Positions 46,661 through 64,000 of a DNA stretch of 64,000 nt are shown in pieces (the first letter of the stretch is position 1; each line of letters opens with the position of its first letter). The DNA is from Bugula neritina. Taxonomy: Eukaryota > Animalia > Bryozoa. The DNA is taken from positions 11,840,818-11,904,817 of the forward strand of contig OZ037772.1 in the NCBI GenBank assembly GCA_964035545.1, written 5' to 3'. Under the pieces are notes generated by a model that was given only the letters and a program-made list of their open reading frames with translations, did not search any database and was not told the DNA's origin. A program made the translations under genes and the position numbers.

Positions 46661-48359
46661 ATTAATATTTTAGTTGTTACAAATCACTGGCTATAACTAA
46701 ATAATCACCATTGCTGCAACAATAAATTAGGGTGACAATACGATCAAGAACAAAACGCAACGATCAATATGAATATGCAATAACCATGGGTACAGCCGCT
46801 GTAGTAGTACTAGCTTTAGTAGTATTTTATCAGGAAAATAGTCATAGACTAAGATCTCAACGAGAGAAGGACGTCTGTGTTGTTGGAAGGTGCTTTAGAC
46901 CCGAAACCCCGATGAAGCTAACTAAGTTCTATTTTATACGCCCTATTTGCAGGCGAGTCCAGGAATTAAATTTCCTAAATTAGATAGAATAACTCCGCAA
47001 ATAAAATAATACTTTTTATGCAACACGTTGGAAATAAATTATTGTAATCAACATAATATTATTATGTCAATAAACAGGCATTTTTTGAGAAATATTATTA
47101 TGTAATGGAGATGTGGCAACTTTAGGCCCATTATTAATCGCATGAAACAAAAATAAGCTTAAAGTTTTCAGTTATCAATTATTTGTTGAAGATGTATCTA
47201 TAAATTTATTTTTTTTTGAAATTTGAAAGATAAATTTTCGAACAAATGCACTCTGCATGCTTGCATATAACCCAATAACAGTAGCCATTGGTAAAGCTTA
47301 TCAAAAGAAGAAACTAAAGGTGTGATCAGTTCGCAAACAGCTGGAAACAGCAGTATGAAGCTAGTCACAGTCATATTAAGACCTTCACAGAATTTATTTA
47401 CTTGAAATGACACAAGTGTTACGGAACAGTAGATTGAAAATATTTTATTGCGTGAAGTTACAAATAAAATATGTAAAAAAGGCATACCTTATTTAATTAT
47501 TAATAATATAAGTACTTGGGTGGGATTGAAAAACATATAAAGAGAAGACAATTCTGAAACCAGGTGCATGGATGCCAAACTATCAGCAATAAAATGCTCA
47601 TATTGATAAGTACATTATATTTAGCTTCCGTATGATAATACAATTGAACATATACATATACACAAAATAGAAAAGGGAAGGATTCGATATATGAAACTAA
47701 ATAATATAATGCATATATAATATGATACAATTGTTAGCACCAAGTACAGATATAATGCAAGGAGAGGCTGGTCATACACATGCTATAGTATGAAAACTTG
47801 AACAGGTCAAGGGATGATGAAGAACCACCATGGCGGCCCTTTCAGTGTATAAAAATATGACTAGAATCTAGGCTATGCTTCCAACAAATCATGTAACCTA
47901 AAACAGAGGAAATAAAATGATTTACTTATGGCTGTGAAGAAAATGTTGAAGGAAAGTATAGCAGATTCAGAGAATCCGTAGTGTTGGTTTGAAGAAGCAC
48001 ATATAGACACTATCAACATCGGAATTATATTACACATGCACTGAAATATGCGAGTTATACCTTTAGTGTAAGCATGAATACACTGATACACCTGTCCAGT
48101 TACCATCATACAAGTTCAAGAACTCATTTTAGAAAAAGCTGTTTTAGTTTAGACTTTAGATGTTCGGCAAAAGCTTAGCAAAGTGAGCACACAGACTAGA
48201 ACACAAGTAAACTGCCACAACTATCAGTAGTAGAGAGCAGACAACCCCTACGGCATGCTTTCCGCCAAAACTTAGGCTAATGCTGTCCATAATTTTATGG
48301 AATATTGGCCAATGGCAAAATACATACTTACTCGTGATTGGCTCGTTTTGGTAGACATG

Positions 48360-51300
48360 TCATGAGTCAACGTTATCATACTCTGCATGTTCGTTAGGAA
48401 GCACCTGCTGCAGGTTGTTGCCCCTCAACTGTTCCTGACGTCTGCGCATGGCGGAGAGCTCCAGCTCCAAAGCTCTAACCTCGTCTGCTTTCTGAGTCAG
48501 GTAGAGTCTGTACATGATCTTTATACCTCCAGTTATAGAAGATCTGTGACAAACACATTACCTGACATAAATCTAACCCAAACACATAGTTGTGATGATT
48601 ATTTACTAAATTGAATAAAATGTGGCCTTTCAATTACAATTTATGTTACATTTAGTATAGAAATAGATACAATAAAGCAATACTGTACATATTTTAGTTA
48701 TGCTATACTGTGCCATATATGACAAGTCAATGGTTACTTTAGGCCTGGGGAGCTCCAATCTTTGCAACAGGCTAGTTGTATCTTACTATAGAAACAACTT
48801 TCTTAGCATTGTAACTTAATAGTGAGAAATAAAAGCAGAGTCAATTTTAAGGAAGGAGCTGAGTTACTATATCGAGTGAATAGCATTGTGGATAGTAAGT
48901 CGCGTGGTTTTTAGTTGAGTGAAGAGATAACTCCGTAACATTCAAAATTTTGCTAGTACAGTGTTATCATAATATTATTGCTACCGCTGCTGCTGCTACC
49001 GCTGCTGCTGCTACCGCTGCTGCTGCTACCGCTGCTGCTACCGCTGCTGCTACCGCTGCTGCTACCAACACTACTGCTGCTGCTACCGCTACTGCTGCTG
49101 CTACCGCTACTGCTACCAACACTACTGCTGCTACCGCTACTACTGTTACTGCTACCACTACCACTACTACTATTACTGCTACTACTACTACTATTACTGC
49201 TACTACTACTACTATTACTGCTACTACTGCTACTAGTACTACTACTGTTACTGCTACTACTACTACTATTACTACTGTTACTGCTACCACTACCACTACC
49301 ACTACTACTACTACTACTATTACTACTGTTACTGCTACCACTACTACTACTACTGTTACTGCTGCTACAACTAGTACAAATACAACTTGCATTACAAACA
49401 CAGCATCTACTACGACTACTCCAAGGACTACCAACATGTAAAGTTTTATAAATATTGCCACATCCTTTAATGTTGATGGTGTCAGTTAACATAACATAAT
49501 CAAATTTAGTGTAGCCTTAGTTCTTACAAAAAGAAATACAGCAGCTTGGGGTGTCACCTAAGGCTCCTTCTTTTATAACAGGATGTGCCATTGTATGTAA
49601 ATGAATGCCGATACATTAATGTGTATTTTTTGCCTATTTATCAAGTCCTGGTGTATTAGAATAACACTGCTGCTCAGTGAAGCATGTAAACAGGCAGTCT
49701 CCGACATAAGCATAGGCTTTCTGTATCACAGGGCTGTGTACTAGCTACAATACTTGTCTTATCCTATGTTTTTTAACCAAAACAAAGATCAAAATAATTA
49801 TGTAAATGAACAAATTATAATCTTGAGTCAAGGAAACTGTAGAGATGTTGATGATTTGGAGCTATAAGCTTGGTAGAGACAGACTTCTACTACCTGACCC
49901 ATTAAACCCTCAACTATAGAGGGTGGAGGGCCACAACCAGATAAAACTAAAGAGTGTGTAATTTTTCCATTTAACCATATAACAAGTTGTAACTTTTGAA
50001 ATACACCTGTCCTACTCTTAGAACAGAAACATTTGCTAAAAACTGAGGCAACAAAAAACCCTTTCCACCAGGGTTTCTCACAGTGATGATGACCATAAAC
50101 TCACATGAGTTTATTTAGTAGAGTGTAAAAAGAATTTATGCATCCAGATATCAGAAAGAAAGGCAAAGCTGTTTACTCAACCTAATAGCTAATAACTTCA
50201 AATATTTATTACAGGTCATTTCCACTAGTTCTTTTCATTTATAGCCTACACTGGGCTCACAAGTAAATTCACCAAAGTAAACTAGTATCTCACATCTCGT
50301 AAAAGTTAACTTTCAACTTCAATTTCAACTCAACATATTAGGCAACTTGCTATTACTATTTAGCTACAATGCACAGCAAATAGTCAACATTTGAATATTT
50401 TTGAAAAGAAATAGTTTTTTTATCTGCTACATATTTAGTGTGATTTCCCCTAAAAATACAATGCGCATTCATATCTATAAGTTTGAGTTGAAAGTAGCAA
50501 AAGAACTTATGCAAATTCAACTTGAATTAAACAAAAATTACAACAAAAATAGGTTTAGACTATCACTGCACCTAAATGCAAATGAAACTATTCAAACTTC
50601 CACTAAAAGTTTAAATCAATAAACTTTACTCATTATCATAATGATTTAACATCAGTTAATAAGTTCTAACTAGAATTATCTTTATTAATAGCTGCACCTA
50701 ATCGCAAGGTCATCAATAACTGCATAAGTTTGTCAATATGATTATCACTGCCATTATAATTATGGTATAATTCGAAATGCGATAATTAGATTTAGTTGCA
50801 ATGCTCATACTAAAAGTAAATATCTAATATCAATAACTATAATAGTAATAGTAATATTAAATTTATTAGCAATTAAGTGATTAATGGTCACTACTATTGG
50901 TGAGTGAGTATTGCTATTAACGTTACCTCTAGATTTAGATTGAGATTAGCCATTATCATTATGATCATTCCAATAAATATAATCGTAATGGATTATCAGA
51001 AATCAATCCTTACAATTTGAGTTACTCTGAAAATGAATTTGATGACAGTTAAAGTTAAAAGAGACTGATTATCACATATTATTATGGTAAAGGTAATGTT
51101 TAATCACGAGCACAGTGATCATTGATGTTTGATTTCAACTACTACTAGGATGATTTTGTGTTTGATATTTATTTCATGATTATCAACTTAAAACAAACTT
51201 GAACTTGAGCTTCAATTACTAATGCGATTATCACTATCAGTATCAGTTTCAATTTTGTGATCAGCGTGGTCACCCGTCACTTAGTCTTACCACTACTAGC

Positions 51301-51655
51301 AGTAGTACTAGTACTACTAGTAGCAGTAGTAGTAATACTAAGAGTAAGTCTAGTAGAGTAGTACTACTCTGAAAAATTCTAATTCAGTAATTGATCATTG
51401 ATAAACCAAGTTGCAGCTGCAATAATTACAAAGCTAAACGTACCAACATCAAAAATCATTTGTTTGGCTTTCAACTCACTTCATTTTGAGGTTGTACCGG
51501 AAAGAATTCTTCTTATTTGTTGAAGCTCTTCTAATTCTTTGGTTCATATCTCTCAGATGGTTTTCAATAACTTGCATTTGTGTAATGGTTTTTCCTAACT
51601 TAATTTTTAAATCTTCAAGTTTTTCACTAAGCACTTCAGATTCCATTTGATTCAT
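48360..51655 (-). CDS. Uncharacterised two-exon helical/coiled-coil protein (119 aa)
   Basis: Exons 51480-51655 (donor gtgagt) and 48360-48543 (acceptor cacag) splice in phase 2: MNQMESEVLSEKLEDLKIKLGKTITQMQVIENHLRDMNQRIRRASTNKKNSFRYNLKMKSSITGGIKIMYRLYLTQKADEVRALELELSAMRRRQEQLRGNNLQQVLPNEHAEYDNVDS*. Confidence 0.75.
48978..49372. repeat. Compound (GCT/ACT/ACC)n trinucleotide microsatellite, intronic
   Basis: Low-complexity triplet tract producing the poly-Ala/Thr/Leu/Ser/Val ORFs. Confidence 0.93.
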
Positions 51656-52021
51656 TTTGCAAACTAAGAAAAGCAGACTCGGAGAATTAAAAAGTAACAA
51701 CTGATATTTATATACACTTGCAGTATCAATCGACAGCTGTATAATATTAATAGGATTTTTAAGAAGCACAAATCACATTTCACTTTCTGGGGTTTTTTGC
51801 TTAGCTGGGTGTCCCGTAACAATTTAGGACGGAGCTGTAGCATTTATTGCTTTTACTAAAAAAGCCATGAACGCAGGCTATGAAATGCTGTTTGTGGGCG
51901 GATCTGTTTCTGTTGTAGAGATTCAGTTTTGCGGAGAGAGATTTCCGCATTCGGCCATATTGATTTCCGATTTGTAAGTTATCTTTCTGCATCTGCTGCA
52001 GTCATACATAATTTGCCTACA

Positions 52022-64000
<11,979 letters not shown>

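Noticed and set aside
48950-49492. Mucin-like Thr/Ala and other homopolymer ORFs
   Set aside because: Triplet microsatellite within an intron, open in several frames.

Overview
AT-rich, intron-rich eukaryotic (invertebrate-like) genomic DNA; the species cannot be determined from the sequence alone. By manual splicing the window holds, in order: (1) the 3' end of an unidentified + strand gene made of short symmetric phase-1 exons (2.65-6.84 kb); (2) several non-coding inverted-repeat elements, including a ~4.7-kb foldback (7985-12660); (3) GNL1 (- strand, 11 exons); (4) a 5'-truncated LINE with an intact RT ORF; (5) COA3 (+), with a U12-type minor intron; (6) a perfect 202-bp palindrome carrying two Penelope-type minimal hammerhead ribozyme motifs; (7) two tandem flavin-containing monooxygenase genes (-), separated by a decayed Penelope-like GIY-YIG element; (8) a DHHC palmitoyltransferase (-); (9) an uncharacterised two-exon coiled-coil gene (-), head-to-head with (10) dynamin (+, runs off the window end). 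The most striking patterns are tandem arrays built from copies of the host gene's own exon-intron junctions (GNL1, dynamin), three candidate in-frame microexons in dynamin, and the double-hammerhead palindrome. All exon models and homology calls were read by eye; no searches were run.
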